Source: a virus
Lineage: Duplodnaviria; Caudoviricetes
DNA length: 63,349 nt
Reading direction: 5' to 3' (one strand)
IMG/VR virus record: IMGVR_UViG_3300020129_000380
Location: 1-63,349 of that record
The notes beneath the pieces are model-generated. The model ran no database searches. It had not been told where the DNA came from and saw nothing but the letters and a program-made list of their open reading frames with translations. Positions within the stretch are counted from its first letter, which is position 1. Every line of letters begins with the position of its first letter. This document shows, in pieces, positions 9,332 to 19,924 of this stretch. A program made the position numbers and the translations under genes.

Positions 9332-9690
9332 CCATCTGGAAAACCGACCCCGAGTGGCATCATTGGCACACCCGCAAGGAGTTCTGGCCGGAACGAAATG
9401 TATGGGTTCGCAAGAAGGACTGCCTCATCGCCGAGCTTATGGGCTATCGCTGGCTTCCGCATAATCCCAAGCAGGATTTCTGCGGCTACACTTTCCACAA
9501 CGTCCTGACGCCTTCATGGTCGGAACTCGATGCCGCTTATATCCTTGAGCCGGATACCCGCGTTCCTAATTTCACGACAAGATGGGAAGACGCCTTGAAA
9601 ATCCCCCGTTACTTTGGTTGGGAAACCATCGCCGTGCTGCCAACGGACCAGGAAATGATCGACTGGATTTGCAACAAAGCTCTCGCGTGA
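9328..9690 (+). CDS. Hypothetical phage protein
   Basis: ATGA overlap; LIAELMGY...VPNFTTRWEDA motif. Confidence 0.55.
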   Translation: MTIWKTDPEWHHWHTRKEFWPERNVWVRKKDCLIAELMGYRWLPHNPKQDFCGYTFHNVLTPSWSELDAAYILEPDTRVPNFTTRWEDALKIPRYFGWETIAVLPTDQEMIDWICNKALA

Positions 9691-10091
9691 TTATGAAAAA
9701 GCCCATCGTCGAATACCGCTCTTTGCCCGATAAGCCGAAGCCACCCGACAAACCACCTCCGCCGGAGAAGCCAAAGCGGAAGCCCAGCCAGGGCATTGCT
9801 TATCTACTTTCATGGAAGCCAGAAAGATGATTGCCAACCACGATTCGCTCTGATACACCCAACAAAGGAGCCGAGCATGAAGCACATTTACCTGACTATC
9901 CTCAGCATAGTTACACATTCTATCACGAAATACCTGGCTCTGATGTTTGTTTACATAGCCTTTCTTGTGTTTTTAGCTGATGGCGTATTCGGCAACCCGT
10001 CGATGGGACGCGACCTCACTCTCATGCTCGGCACGGGCACATGGGTATGGGCTGGTTGCTTCGGTTTCATCAAAATGCCTACGGTATAGCC

Positions 10092-10487
10092 ATGACCCGC
10101 ATCATTCTCGCCCTTCTCCTCTCAGCGATAGCGTTCCCGGCGTGGGCGGGGCGATTGCCCCTATGCGAAACCATTTGCCCCAAGCAATACTGGCTTGGTA
10201 TGTGCATGGGACTGATGGCAAAAAACATCGACGGCACAACAAACGAAAACGCCCACGGCGGCGAAAAGTGCCAAATGGCGGTCAACCACCAGCCGCCTCT
10301 TATCCGTCGGCAACAAACACCTCCCGTGCAAATAGCCCCCAACACTTATCAAACTAACATCTTAGTTGTGCATGGTGACACAAATACGGTGAACGGGCGC
10401 TGCGAGAACTCACTACAAGGCCTGATAATAAACTACCATGAAGAATGCCGATGGATTACAACGGGCAAATGGGGAGATAGCAAATGA
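10092..10487 (+). CDS. Secreted hypothetical protein
   Basis: Signal peptide MTRIILALLLSAIAFPAWA; several Cys. Confidence 0.55.
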   Translation: MTRIILALLLSAIAFPAWAGRLPLCETICPKQYWLGMCMGLMAKNIDGTTNENAHGGEKCQMAVNHQPPLIRRQQTPPVQIAPNTYQTNILVVHGDTNTVNGRCENSLQGLIINYHEECRWITTGKWGDSK

Positions 10488-10545
10488 GCATAACATTCTC
10501 TGCCGGAGAAAAGCCGGTAGTGTTCCACTGCAAAGGAGATAGCAA

Positions 10546-10776
10546 ATGAAACGCCTAATCGCCCTCATTCTCACACTTTCTCTGACCGCCTGCGCTCAAG
10601 GCCACTGGCTACGCGATGATCGTACATGGGACATGAACGACGACCGAGAATGCAGATGGGAAGTTGCCAAAGTCACCGCCCCTATGACTGACGCTTTCAA
10701 GCAAGGCTGGATGGAAGCGGACTTATACCGCCAGTGCCTCATCTCCCGCGGTTATCACTTTGAGCGGGGCCAATAA
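10546..10776 (+). CDS. Lipoprotein
   Basis: Lipobox LTAC after hydrophobic stretch; AGGAG RBS. Confidence 0.7.
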   Translation: MKRLIALILTLSLTACAQGHWLRDDRTWDMNDDRECRWEVAKVTAPMTDAFKQGWMEADLYRQCLISRGYHFERGQ

Positions 10777-10840
10777 CTGAATGCTACTTGCCCACCAGTC
10801 GTCGGCCGTGCTATCATTTGGAAACCAAGCACGCCGCCCG

Positions 10841-11413
10841 ATGAACGATGACCCGCCGAATAAATCCCTCCAGCTTCCTGACAAGGAGCCTGTACTGCTC
10901 ACCCGGAAGATTAAGCACCCCGGAGACCCCAAGAAATACCGCACCGTGACCATCCGCCGGGATGTGCTTATCGAAGAAGGTAAAAACGGGGGAGTTCAAT
11001 ACGTCGCCAAGAACATGCCCCTCGATCTCTACCTCAAACGCTGCCAGATCACCGTCAAGCAACACCGTGCCGGCGAAAAACTACACGCCCTCTGGCGCCG
11101 CGGCTACCACGCCCCCTTCGCCCAGCACAACTACTCCGAACGCAACGGCGGAGAAGCCCGCACCGAGTTCCTTCCCCCAGGATTCCTTGCCACTGAGTAC
11201 CGGGAAGCCATCAACGCCATCGACGGCGACCTTGAACGCTCAATCGCTTTCAACGTCTGTTGCATCGGCTACCCCGCAAGCCAGGCCGCTATCTACGCCA
11301 GCGTCCGCACCGCTGAGAGGAATGGCATCGCATATCTCCGCTCCGCCCTCGAAGACCTGATTGAGCATTTCAAGCGACTCCGGAACCGAAATCCCAAGGA
11401 TGCCAAGCAATGA
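10841..11413 (+). CDS. Putative late-gene transcriptional regulator
   Basis: PLDLYLKRCQITVKQHRAGEKL...LRSALEDLIEHF; position just upstream of terminase. Confidence 0.55.
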   Translation: MNDDPPNKSLQLPDKEPVLLTRKIKHPGDPKKYRTVTIRRDVLIEEGKNGGVQYVAKNMPLDLYLKRCQITVKQHRAGEKLHALWRRGYHAPFAQHNYSERNGGEARTEFLPPGFLATEYREAINAIDGDLERSIAFNVCCIGYPASQAAIYASVRTAERNGIAYLRSALEDLIEHFKRLRNRNPKDAKQ

Positions 11414-11574
11414 ATACTCCAGCTTTCAACCCAGGTGATTACATATCCTTTAGCCGCCCAATCTATCGCCGCAAATGGTGGTTTTTTGGCCCATGGTTAT
11501 CTATCGGCACAGTCGAAACCACCTTCAGAATACCGGAAGATGCCGCCGTCAAAAATCCCGATTGATAATTTATC

Positions 11575-11603
11575 TTGCGCTTGTGGCGGGACTAATATAA
11601 ACT
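11575..11603 (+). promoter_or_regulatory. Putative late promoter
   Basis: TTGCGC-N17-TAAACT upstream of terS. Confidence 0.5.
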
Positions 11604-11679
11604 TCAGGTATGTTTTTAGTTTTGTCTCTGCCAGAGACCTAAGTCACAAAGCTGACTTCCAAAGTAGACGAAAGTAGAT

Positions 11680-12009
11680 ATGGCCAAGGGAATCAAAACC
11701 GGCGGCAGGGTAAAGGGAACCCCCAACAAAAGCACCGCCCAAGTAGCGGACATCCTCGCCAAGCTTAAATGTGACCCCATCGAAGGACTCGCCCGCATAG
11801 CCAATGGCGAGCCTTTGCTTTGCGGAGTATCTACAATTGCCGGCTACGTGGACATCAAACATCGCCCAACACTTTCCCAACGACTCAAAGCTTATACCGA
11901 ATTGGCCGAATACGCCGCGGCCAAACGAAAGGCTTTAGAGCTATCCGGCCAGGACGGTACGCCAGCCGCATTTACCATCAACATTGGCGATGTCGGCGAC
12001 CGCTCTTAA
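11680..12009 (+). CDS. terS: Terminase small subunit
   Basis: KTGGRVKGTPNK N-terminal motif; directly upstream of TerL. Confidence 0.8.
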   Translation: MAKGIKTGGRVKGTPNKSTAQVADILAKLKCDPIEGLARIANGEPLLCGVSTIAGYVDIKHRPTLSQRLKAYTELAEYAAAKRKALELSGQDGTPAAFTINIGDVGDRS

Positions 12010-13189
12010 TTACACTCGGCCCTGGGTTTACCCGAAGCAACGAGCCGCAATCTTCAATGACTGCCGTTATTCCTTAATCGAAGCCAGCACCAAGACTGGT
12101 AAGACGGTCGGTTGCATCATTTGGCTTGCCGAACAAGCGATGAAGGGAAAGCCCGGCCAGAACTTTTGGTGGGTAGCTCCCGTCTTCCCCCAAGCAAAGA
12201 TCGCCTATTCTCGATTGAAGCGTGGCCTTCCCCGCGAAGTGTTCACGACCAACGAGAGTGACCTTTTCATCCGCCTGGCCAACGACACGAAGATCTGGTT
12301 CAAATCCGCCGACAAGCCTGACAGCCTCTACGGGGAAGACGTTTACGCCGCCGTCATTGACGAAGCCAGCCGCGTTAAGGAAGAGGCTTGGTATGCTGTC
12401 CGCTCCACTTTAACCGCCACGCAAGGCCCTGTGCGGCTCATCGGGAACGTCAAGGGCCGCACAAACTGGTTTTACCAGCTCGCCCGCAAGGCCGAATCCG
12501 GCGAACCGGGCATGAGCTACCACAAGCTCCTCGCCTACGACGCCGTTGAGGCAGGAGTTCTTTCCGCCGCCGAGGTGGAAGACGCCCGCCGCACACTACC
12601 CGACCAAGTATTTCGCGAACTTTACCTCGCCGAGCCTTCTGATGACGGCGGAAACCCCTTCGGCCTCAAGGCGATTCGCGACTGCATCGCTCCGCTCTCC
12701 ACACTCGATCCCGTATGCTGGGGCATCGACCTCGCCAAAAGCATCGACTGGTGCGTTGCCATCGCCCTTGATGTTACAGGAAAAGTCTGCCGCTTTGAAC
12801 GCTGGCAATCGCCATGGCCTGAGACGAAAGCCCGCATCACCACCCTGGTAAACAACGGCCATGCCCTTGTAGACTCAACCGGCGTGGGCGACCCTGTGGT
12901 TGATGATCTCCAGCGAAACACCCACGGGTCATATGAGGGCTTCAAATTCACTTCCCAGAGCAAACAAATGCTTATGGAAGGTTTGGCGGTGGCAATCCAG
13001 CAAAAGCAAATCTCTTACCCGGATGGAATCATCGCCATGGAACTCGAACAATTCGGTTACGAATATACACGCAGCGGCGTGAAATACACGGCACCCTCAG
13101 GACTCCACGACGATTGCGTTTGCGCCCTTGCGTTGGCCGTAAGCAAATTCTCCGTCCCGCAGCCGCAATTCCGCATCCGCAGCCTCTAG
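11990..13189 (+). CDS. terL: Terminase large subunit
   Basis: Walker A ASTKTGKT, Walker B VIDEA, nuclease GIDLA...HDDCVCALALA. Confidence 0.95.
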   Translation: MSATALNYTRPWVYPKQRAAIFNDCRYSLIEASTKTGKTVGCIIWLAEQAMKGKPGQNFWWVAPVFPQAKIAYSRLKRGLPREVFTTNESDLFIRLANDTKIWFKSADKPDSLYGEDVYAAVIDEASRVKEEAWYAVRSTLTATQGPVRLIGNVKGRTNWFYQLARKAESGEPGMSYHKLLAYDAVEAGVLSAAEVEDARRTLPDQVFRELYLAEPSDDGGNPFGLKAIRDCIAPLSTLDPVCWGIDLAKSIDWCVAIALDVTGKVCRFERWQSPWPETKARITTLVNNGHALVDSTGVGDPVVDDLQRNTHGSYEGFKFTSQSKQMLMEGLAVAIQQKQISYPDGIIAMELEQFGYEYTRSGVKYTAPSGLHDDCVCALALAVSKFSVPQPQFRIRSL

Positions 13190-13190
13190 C

Positions 13191-14594
13191 ATGTGGCCAT
13201 TCACCCGCAAGGACGCGACCCCTCAAGGGCAAAAGAGCGCTGCATTCCTCCTTGGCATGGGGCAGGGCAAGGGAACGCTCACAGGGGCAGGCTTCACCCA
13301 GCTTTCCACGGAAGGCTACGGCCAGAACGCGGTAGTAAACGCTTGCATCAACAAGATCGCCAACGCGATAGCCTCGATTGACCGCAGGCTTTACCAGAAG
13401 AAGGGTTCAAAGCTCGTTCTGCTTGAGACCCACCCGCTGCTCGATTTACTTGACAAGCCGAACCCTACGCAATCAGGCGATGAGTTCACCCGAGCCTTAA
13501 TCGCTTACAGGCAGATCGGCGGCAACGCATATATCCGCGGGGCAGGAATCAACTACCTCTCGAAAAAGTCAAAGCCGCCCACTGAATTGACCCTCCTCAA
13601 TCCCGGCCAGGTCAAGGTCGAGCCGAGCAAAGATAGTTACTTCCCGAAATGGTTTGAGTTCAAGCCTGACGCATCTACGGTTTATACCTACCCCGTTGAA
13701 AAGATATCTGGACGGTCGGAGATTCTTCAGCTCAAGACGTTCAATCCGCTCAATCCGTGGTATGGGCTGCCTCCAATGCTCGCCGCCGCGTATGGCATCG
13801 ACATCAACAACGCCAGCCAGAAATGGAACAAAAAACAACTCGATAATGATTGCCGCCCTTCAGGCGCCCTGACTGTTAAGGCCGCCGATGGCAAACCGGC
13901 CATGATAACCGACGATCAATACCAGCGTTTGCAGGAAATGATTGACAACACCTTCTCCGGCTCAAACAACGCCGGCAAACCGCTTCTCCTAGAAGGCGGG
14001 CTGGAATGGCAGCAAATGTCGATGACCGCCAAGGATATGGACTTCATGGAAGCCATGAACACCTCGGCACGCAATATCGGGCTTGTATTCGGAGTCCCGC
14101 CGCAAATCCTAGGGATTCCCGGCTCACAGACATTCGCAAACTACGAACAAGCCAACCTGTCATTCTGGACCGACACCGTCCTGCCGCTCAATGAATTGCT
14201 GCTCGACGCTTATAACCGCTGGCTCATCCCGTTCTACGGCGATGACCTCGTTCTCAAATACGACCATGACTCGATTGACGCTTTAGAGCCTATCCGCAAG
14301 CAAAAGGCCGACCGCATCAAAGAAGCCAACTACATGCAAATCGGCGAGAAACGCAAGGCCATGGGCCACGACAGCCTAAAAAACAAGGAAATCAACGACT
14401 CCCTCCTGCTCGACGGCCGCGGCATCCTGCTTGGCATGGACGGTCAGGTGATAAGCCTTGCGGGGGCGCCCGTTACCCCTCCCGAGCCGACCGCCGACCC
14501 TATGGCGGCAGCCAAGCATCAGGAATGGCTCGAATCGCAAGGATACACGAAAGAACGTGCCGAGAGGTTAACCAAACTGATTTATGCCGAGTAG
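13191..14594 (+). CDS. Portal protein, HK97 family
   Basis: FNPLNPWYGLPP, NAGKPLLLEGGLEW, FGVPPQILG, FANYEQA motifs. Confidence 0.95.
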   Translation: MWPFTRKDATPQGQKSAAFLLGMGQGKGTLTGAGFTQLSTEGYGQNAVVNACINKIANAIASIDRRLYQKKGSKLVLLETHPLLDLLDKPNPTQSGDEFTRALIAYRQIGGNAYIRGAGINYLSKKSKPPTELTLLNPGQVKVEPSKDSYFPKWFEFKPDASTVYTYPVEKISGRSEILQLKTFNPLNPWYGLPPMLAAAYGIDINNASQKWNKKQLDNDCRPSGALTVKAADGKPAMITDDQYQRLQEMIDNTFSGSNNAGKPLLLEGGLEWQQMSMTAKDMDFMEAMNTSARNIGLVFGVPPQILGIPGSQTFANYEQANLSFWTDTVLPLNELLLDAYNRWLIPFYGDDLVLKYDHDSIDALEPIRKQKADRIKEANYMQIGEKRKAMGHDSLKNKEINDSLLLDGRGILLGMDGQVISLAGAPVTPPEPTADPMAAAKHQEWLESQGYTKERAERLTKLIYAE

Positions 14595-15333
14595 GCACGC
14601 CATTTTCCTCGCCACCATGGACCGGTTCGAGGCTAAGCTGCATCCGCATATCGTCAACGACAAAAACGAATTTATCCGGGCTGCCGCCACACGCTACGCC
14701 GAGCATCATCAACCGGACTTCTTCGATCTCGTCGATAAGCACCAACAACAACTCTTTGAGACCCTCTCCGCTCATTACCGGAAGGTTATCCCCGCCTTTG
14801 GGGCTTTGACCCTGACACAGGTCAAGTCCCGCCAATTCAAGTCCACTGAAGAAGATTCCATCTTCACCACGCTAACAAACGACTGGATTCACACCGAAGG
14901 GCTAAAACGCTCAAAACTGATAGCCGACACGACCGAGGCTGATGTCCTTGCTGCGATATCCGCTGGCATGGATGCCGGAGACGGCGCCGCTGCTATAGCC
15001 CGCTCCATCATGAGCGTCACCGATCTCTCTGATTGGCGGTCGGAACTCATTGCCCGGACGGAAACCCACGCCGCCGCCAATTACGCCAACGCCGAGACGG
15101 CACGTCAGGCTGAAAAGAAGCTAGGAATCGCACTCGAAAAGGCATGGTCGCCCACGATAGACGACCGCACGAGACCCGACCACGCGGCCATGGACCCGAA
15201 TAACTACATCCCGCTTGACGAGATGTTCATTGTGGGAGGCAACCAAGCAGACCGCCCCGGCGACCCGTCACTTCCAGCCGACGAAGTTATCGCATGTCGT
15301 TGCATCCAGCTTCAAAGAGAAACCGAGCAATAA
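14584..15333 (+). CDS. Minor head protein (Mu gpF/SPP1 gp7-like)
   Basis: IARTETH...DDRTRPDH...PGDP...IACRC. Confidence 0.85.
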   Translation: MPSRHAIFLATMDRFEAKLHPHIVNDKNEFIRAAATRYAEHHQPDFFDLVDKHQQQLFETLSAHYRKVIPAFGALTLTQVKSRQFKSTEEDSIFTTLTNDWIHTEGLKRSKLIADTTEADVLAAISAGMDAGDGAAAIARSIMSVTDLSDWRSELIARTETHAAANYANAETARQAEKKLGIALEKAWSPTIDDRTRPDHAAMDPNNYIPLDEMFIVGGNQADRPGDPSLPADEVIACRCIQLQRETEQ

Positions 15334-15573
15334 ATGTCCCGCATCCTTCTATTGCGCCTCTTCCTCTGGACGCTCTTCCATCGTGGATACAGCGCATATG
15401 CGTTTTACCGCGATGGCGATTGGTGCTGGAAGTATCTCGGCCACGACATGCGGAGCGCATATCCTTCGATCCCGACCAGTCGGTTCGTAGACGATGAAAC
15501 CTTTGGCTGGTGCGTCATCACGGCCGCCCGACAAGTGAAGAAACTTGAGTTGTGGTGGTGCAGACTTCGATGA
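15334..15573 (+). CDS. Hypothetical protein
   Basis: Directly follows minor head gene. Confidence 0.45.
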   Translation: MSRILLLRLFLWTLFHRGYSAYAFYRDGDWCWKYLGHDMRSAYPSIPTSRFVDDETFGWCVITAARQVKKLELWWCRLR

Positions 15574-15775
15574 CCCGCATCCTCTCCCAAAAAGGCAACA
15601 TTATCGTTGCCGACTTCGGAAAGCTGCGTCTTAAAACCATCGGCCTCGATTTCAAAACCGACATTCTCTACGCCGACGACTACATTGCACTCAGCCGCAT
15701 CTCTTATCTGCTCAATGGCAAGCTCATCGGCCGCCAGCACGTCATGACTGACCTTTCAACAACTACGGAATCCGT

Positions 15776-16411
15776 ATGAAGAAGATTCTCCACAAATCAT
15801 TCCCCCTCCAGATTAAAGCGGACGGGGGCGACCGCACTATTGAGGGCTTCGGATCGACCTTTGGTAACGTCGATCAACAGGAAGATATCGTTCTCCCCGG
15901 CGCCTTCACCAAATCCCTTCAAACCCGCATGCCCAAGATGCTCTGGCAGCACAACCAAACTCAGCCCGTGGGCGTATGGGATTCCGCGACCGAAACACCA
16001 GAAGGGCTTTATCTCAAGGGCAGAATCTTAGAGACCACGCTCGGCAATGACGTTTATACCTTAGCCAAAGCAGGCGCCATCGACTCGATGAGCATCGGGT
16101 TTAGCACCAAAGAATCCGTTTTCGACAAGAAGACCGGCGTAAGGTCGCTTAAGACGCTCGACCTTCACGAAGTATCACTTGTCACTTTCCCCGCCAATGA
16201 GATGGCCAGGATTACGACAGTCAAATCAGAGGACGGCGCTCTCATGACCGAGCGCGAGTTCGAGAAATTCCTACGGGATGTAGGAAACCTAAGCCTGAAA
16301 GAAGCCCAGACAGTGGTTTCCAAAGGTTACAGATCACTTCTGCCTTGCCGGGATGGCGATGCCCAGAAGCTCACTTCAATCATCGACATTTTCAACCAAA
16401 TCAAATTGTAA
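15776..16411 (+). CDS. Prohead protease, HK97 family
   Basis: MLWQH, SMSIGF, EVSLVTFPAN motifs. Confidence 0.95.
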   Translation: MKKILHKSFPLQIKADGGDRTIEGFGSTFGNVDQQEDIVLPGAFTKSLQTRMPKMLWQHNQTQPVGVWDSATETPEGLYLKGRILETTLGNDVYTLAKAGAIDSMSIGFSTKESVFDKKTGVRSLKTLDLHEVSLVTFPANEMARITTVKSEDGALMTEREFEKFLRDVGNLSLKEAQTVVSKGYRSLLPCRDGDAQKLTSIIDIFNQIKL

Positions 16412-16419
16412 GGACAACT

Positions 16420-17721
16420 ATGCCCGATATCACGTTAGAGGACGTAAACACCTCCGCCCAGAACGCCCAGAAAGCGTTTGAAGCAATGAAGACCGATATC
16501 TTGCCGCTCGGCAAGAAGTTCGAAGACCTCGAAGGTACTACCAAAGACACCTTCAAAAAGATGGAAAAATCTATCTCCGATGGCATGCAGGCCACACAAA
16601 ATGCCGAAGCCAAGGCCCAAGCTGCCCTCGAAGGCCAAAAAGCCCTAGAACAGGGGATGGAGAAGATCACCACCGCTCTCAATCGCCATTCTCCTGGCGC
16701 CACGAAAGACGATGCCAAAGCATTTTCTGTAAAGCGTAACAAGCTTTTCAACGACTTCGTTCGCCTGACCCGCGGCAATGGCAAGCTCTATTTCGACGAG
16801 TATCTGGTCGAAAAGTCCGCCAATGACCCGGAACTGAAGGCCATGTCGGTCGACAGCGATCCGAACGGCGGCTTCCTTACTATGCCGGAATGGGGTGGTT
16901 TCATTCAAACCAAGGTGTTTGAATCCTCGCCCATGCGTCAGCTCGCCAACGTCACCACGGTCGGGTCGGACACGCTCGAAATCGTCGTCGATTACGATGA
17001 ATCCGATGCGAATTGGGTTTCGGAACGCCAGACACGCTCTAACACCACCACGCCCACCATTGGCAAAATCAACATCTATGCCAATGAACTCGAAGCAATG
17101 GCCCCGCTGACTCAGAAATTCCTTGATGATGCGGTCATTGACGCCGAGGCATGGATTCTGAACAAAATTGCCGACAAGTTCGCCCGCAAGGAAGCCACCG
17201 CGTTTATTACCGGCTCCGGCTCTGGCCAGCCCAAAGGCATCATGTCCTACACGTCAGGCACGACCTTAAGCTCCGGCCAGGTCGAACAGGTTGTTACCGG
17301 CAATGCTTCCGCTGTTACCCTAGATGGTTTCGTCAACACCCAGAACGCCCTGAAAGAGCCTTACCAGGCGAATGCTACCTGGCTTTATCAGCGTGCCACC
17401 AACGCCCTCGTCATGTTGATTAAGGACGGCGAATCCCGCCCCATCTTCAACATGAACTACGACAAAAACGTAGGCTTGGAACCCTCGCTTCTGGGCAGAC
17501 CCGTCCGCTTTGCCGCAGATGTTGCAGCCGTGACTGCGAGTGCTCTTGCAGCCGCTTATGGCGACTTCAAGCAAGCCTACCAGATCATCGACCGCAATAG
17601 CCTCCGCTTGCTGCGTGACCCGTATTCGAGCAAGCCGAACGTCCTCTTCTATGCCACGCGCCGCGTCGGAGGGGAGACCGTAAATTTCGAGGCTTATAAG
17701 GTCATGAAGATATCGACCTAA
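16420..17721 (+). CDS. Major capsid protein, HK97 fold
   Basis: Coiled-coil delta domain; SPMRQLA, AFITGSGSGQPKGI, YGDFKQAYQIIDR, FYATRRVGG. Confidence 0.95.
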   Translation: MPDITLEDVNTSAQNAQKAFEAMKTDILPLGKKFEDLEGTTKDTFKKMEKSISDGMQATQNAEAKAQAALEGQKALEQGMEKITTALNRHSPGATKDDAKAFSVKRNKLFNDFVRLTRGNGKLYFDEYLVEKSANDPELKAMSVDSDPNGGFLTMPEWGGFIQTKVFESSPMRQLANVTTVGSDTLEIVVDYDESDANWVSERQTRSNTTTPTIGKINIYANELEAMAPLTQKFLDDAVIDAEAWILNKIADKFARKEATAFITGSGSGQPKGIMSYTSGTTLSSGQVEQVVTGNASAVTLDGFVNTQNALKEPYQANATWLYQRATNALVMLIKDGESRPIFNMNYDKNVGLEPSLLGRPVRFAADVAAVTASALAAAYGDFKQAYQIIDRNSLRLLRDPYSSKPNVLFYATRRVGGETVNFEAYKVMKIST

Positions 17722-17751
17722 TAATTCAAACACTTACGAAAGGATTTTAAT

Positions 17752-18201
17752 ATGGTTTCTCATACCAACTTACACAGCGGGACGGACTTCGTTACGATGC
17801 TCGTGCCGCTCATCCGCAACGCTGACGCCCAGTCTCTTACTCTTGACCTTGCTGACTGCGACGCGGCTGAAATCTACGCCATGATCGGTACGAACGCGGA
17901 TACCTATTCTTCCACGGACAATCTCCAGCTGGAACTTCAGGAATCCGCCGACGACGTTACCTATACGGCGTGTGCTGATGCCGACCTCACCAATTTCGTT
18001 GCCGGCACTAATACGGGAACGTTTAAGAAGCTCACTGCCAATGCTGATTGCTCGCAGACCTACGCTGTAGGCTATCGCGGCTCGAAGCGTTATCTGCAAG
18101 TGGCGGTAAACTTCGGCGGTACGCACTCCACCGGCACCTCGATTGCTATCTTAGGTGTACGCGGCCGCAAGCGTATCCAACCCGCACAGAGCTTCACTTA
18201 A
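17752..18201 (+). CDS. Putative head decoration protein
   Basis: Beta-rich protein with VGYRGSKRYL motif directly after the capsid gene. Confidence 0.65.
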   Translation: MVSHTNLHSGTDFVTMLVPLIRNADAQSLTLDLADCDAAEIYAMIGTNADTYSSTDNLQLELQESADDVTYTACADADLTNFVAGTNTGTFKKLTANADCSQTYAVGYRGSKRYLQVAVNFGGTHSTGTSIAILGVRGRKRIQPAQSFT

Positions 18202-18208
18202 GCAACTT

Positions 18209-18240
18209 ATGGGGAGGTGGAAACATCTCCCCATTTATTT
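18209..18240 (+). terminator. Rho-independent terminator
   Basis: ATGGGGAGGTG-GAAA-CATCTCCCCAT followed by TTATTT. Confidence 0.75.
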
Positions 18241-18251
18241 GGAGAATACCC

Positions 18252-18881
18252 ATGAAAAGACTTATTTTGGCGGCAATGGCGGTTCTCTTCGCCTACCCCG
18301 CCCTCGCCTTCCCGCCATGCTATAATACCAGCACTACCCGAGTCGTGGATAGCGGCTGTACCCAAAATGTCAAAAGCGGCGGTACGTTCACTGCCGATAG
18401 TGGTTCTACCGTAACTCTTTCCGGCACTACCACCATCGGAGGCACGCTAAATACGAGTAGTGTTACGATGAGCACTTCCCTTACCGGAAACCCGTTGATG
18501 CAATTTACTCGTAAAGACCTTACGGTTTCTACGGACATTGCCAGCACTGCCCTTACGACCATTCTGGCTTCCGTGGCTGGTAAAACGATTTACCCAGACC
18601 TCGGCGGCATTTCCATCATGGTAAGCGGTTCCGCGGCATCAGCCACCTCCCTTGCCCTGGAATGCGGTGACGGTACTCTCATTGCCTCATGGCCCATCGC
18701 CGACCTGACTGACTTAAAACCAATCGGCGTCGGCCTTTACCTCTCCACCCAAAGCACCATCACGACGGGTGCCGGTGGAATGGGATGTGCCGCCAGCTCC
18801 GGCATTTATCTGTCGAACGTCGGCACGAAAATCACAACGACCACTCACGTTTACGTCAGCGTACCCTACATCGTTCAGTGA
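18252..18881 (+). CDS. Secreted Ser/Thr-rich protein in the head operon
   Basis: GGAG RBS; Sec signal MKRLILAAMAVLFAYPALA; very S/T-rich, with Cys residues. Confidence 0.75.
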   Translation: MKRLILAAMAVLFAYPALAFPPCYNTSTTRVVDSGCTQNVKSGGTFTADSGSTVTLSGTTTIGGTLNTSSVTMSTSLTGNPLMQFTRKDLTVSTDIASTALTTILASVAGKTIYPDLGGISIMVSGSAASATSLALECGDGTLIASWPIADLTDLKPIGVGLYLSTQSTITTGAGGMGCAASSGIYLSNVGTKITTTTHVYVSVPYIVQ

Positions 18882-19924
18882 TTCCTGCTTTACTACACGC
18901 CATTGCCCTGGCGATTGCGCTATCGGTTCAATATATCGCATCGCCTCTCGCCGGGACGTGGCTCTTCTTTCACCTCGCGGGATGTGCCGTACTTTTAATA
19001 GATGGTTATCCTAAGAGGGACATACTTTGGTATTGTTCCCTTGCATGGTTACTCGCTATAGGGGACTCTGCCTTCATCTTGGCGCCTGTAATAACTGCAA
19101 GCCCTTATATGTGGGTTCTCGCCGCCGCTCCCATGATGGCGCTTTGCCTTCATCCTAAACATCTGAAACCCTACATAATCTCCTTCGGAACGGTTATCGG
19201 ACTCTTTTCCGCCGGGTTAGTCGTTCAATGGTTATTACAAGTCCATTACACCGCCACCCATGTTGAGTCAGGTTATGCATGGCCGCTACTCGATCCGAAC
19301 AACGCCGCCGCAGTTATAAACTGCGCCCTCATTCCCGCATTCGCTTTGGGGATGAAGAAACCGAAATACCTTTTTCTCGCCGGGTTCTTTGCTTTAGCCC
19401 TAGCCCTCACGCAAAGTAAAGCCGGTGTGGCGATGGGGATTCTAGGATGTACGCTGGTTTCGGGGATGCCTTTCCTGATTCTTAATGTCATTGGCTTCTC
19501 ACTCGTCCTTTCGACCCCCTTTTGGGATTGGCAGGCCGGATATAATCATCTCCTGCATTCCTTCGCTGATAGGTTTCCAATCTGGGAAGCAAGTGCCAAA
19601 TTACTCTTCGTCGCCCCATGGACCGGCTTAGGAATAGGGTCGTTTAGTTTTTATTACGCCCAGGTACGAACAGAAACCTTTACCGCAGGGAGCTTCGCCC
19701 ACAATGACCTTTTGCAATTCGCTATCGAATTAGGCTTCCCGCTTGCGATGGCCTTTGTCGTCCTCATGTTCGCCGTTCTTTTAACCACACGCAAACACAA
19801 CCTAGTATCTTTCGCTGTCATGCTTGCCGTCTTCATGCAGGCGATGATTGAGTTTCAATTCTACATCCCGTCCATCAGCCTTTTAATGGGCTTAGCCCTC
19901 GCTTATCAAAGGAAACCCGCATGA
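18878..19924 (+). CDS. O-antigen ligase / O-oligosaccharyltransferase family membrane protein (Wzy_C)
   Basis: Polytopic; PNNAAAVI, ALTQSKAG, RFPIW...PWTGLGIGSF...FAHNDLLQFAIELG motifs; GTGA/ATGA overlaps with neighbours. Confidence 0.85.
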   Translation: MIPALLHAIALAIALSVQYIASPLAGTWLFFHLAGCAVLLIDGYPKRDILWYCSLAWLLAIGDSAFILAPVITASPYMWVLAAAPMMALCLHPKHLKPYIISFGTVIGLFSAGLVVQWLLQVHYTATHVESGYAWPLLDPNNAAAVINCALIPAFALGMKKPKYLFLAGFFALALALTQSKAGVAMGILGCTLVSGMPFLILNVIGFSLVLSTPFWDWQAGYNHLLHSFADRFPIWEASAKLLFVAPWTGLGIGSFSFYYAQVRTETFTAGSFAHNDLLQFAIELGFPLAMAFVVLMFAVLLTTRKHNLVSFAVMLAVFMQAMIEFQFYIPSISLLMGLALAYQRKPA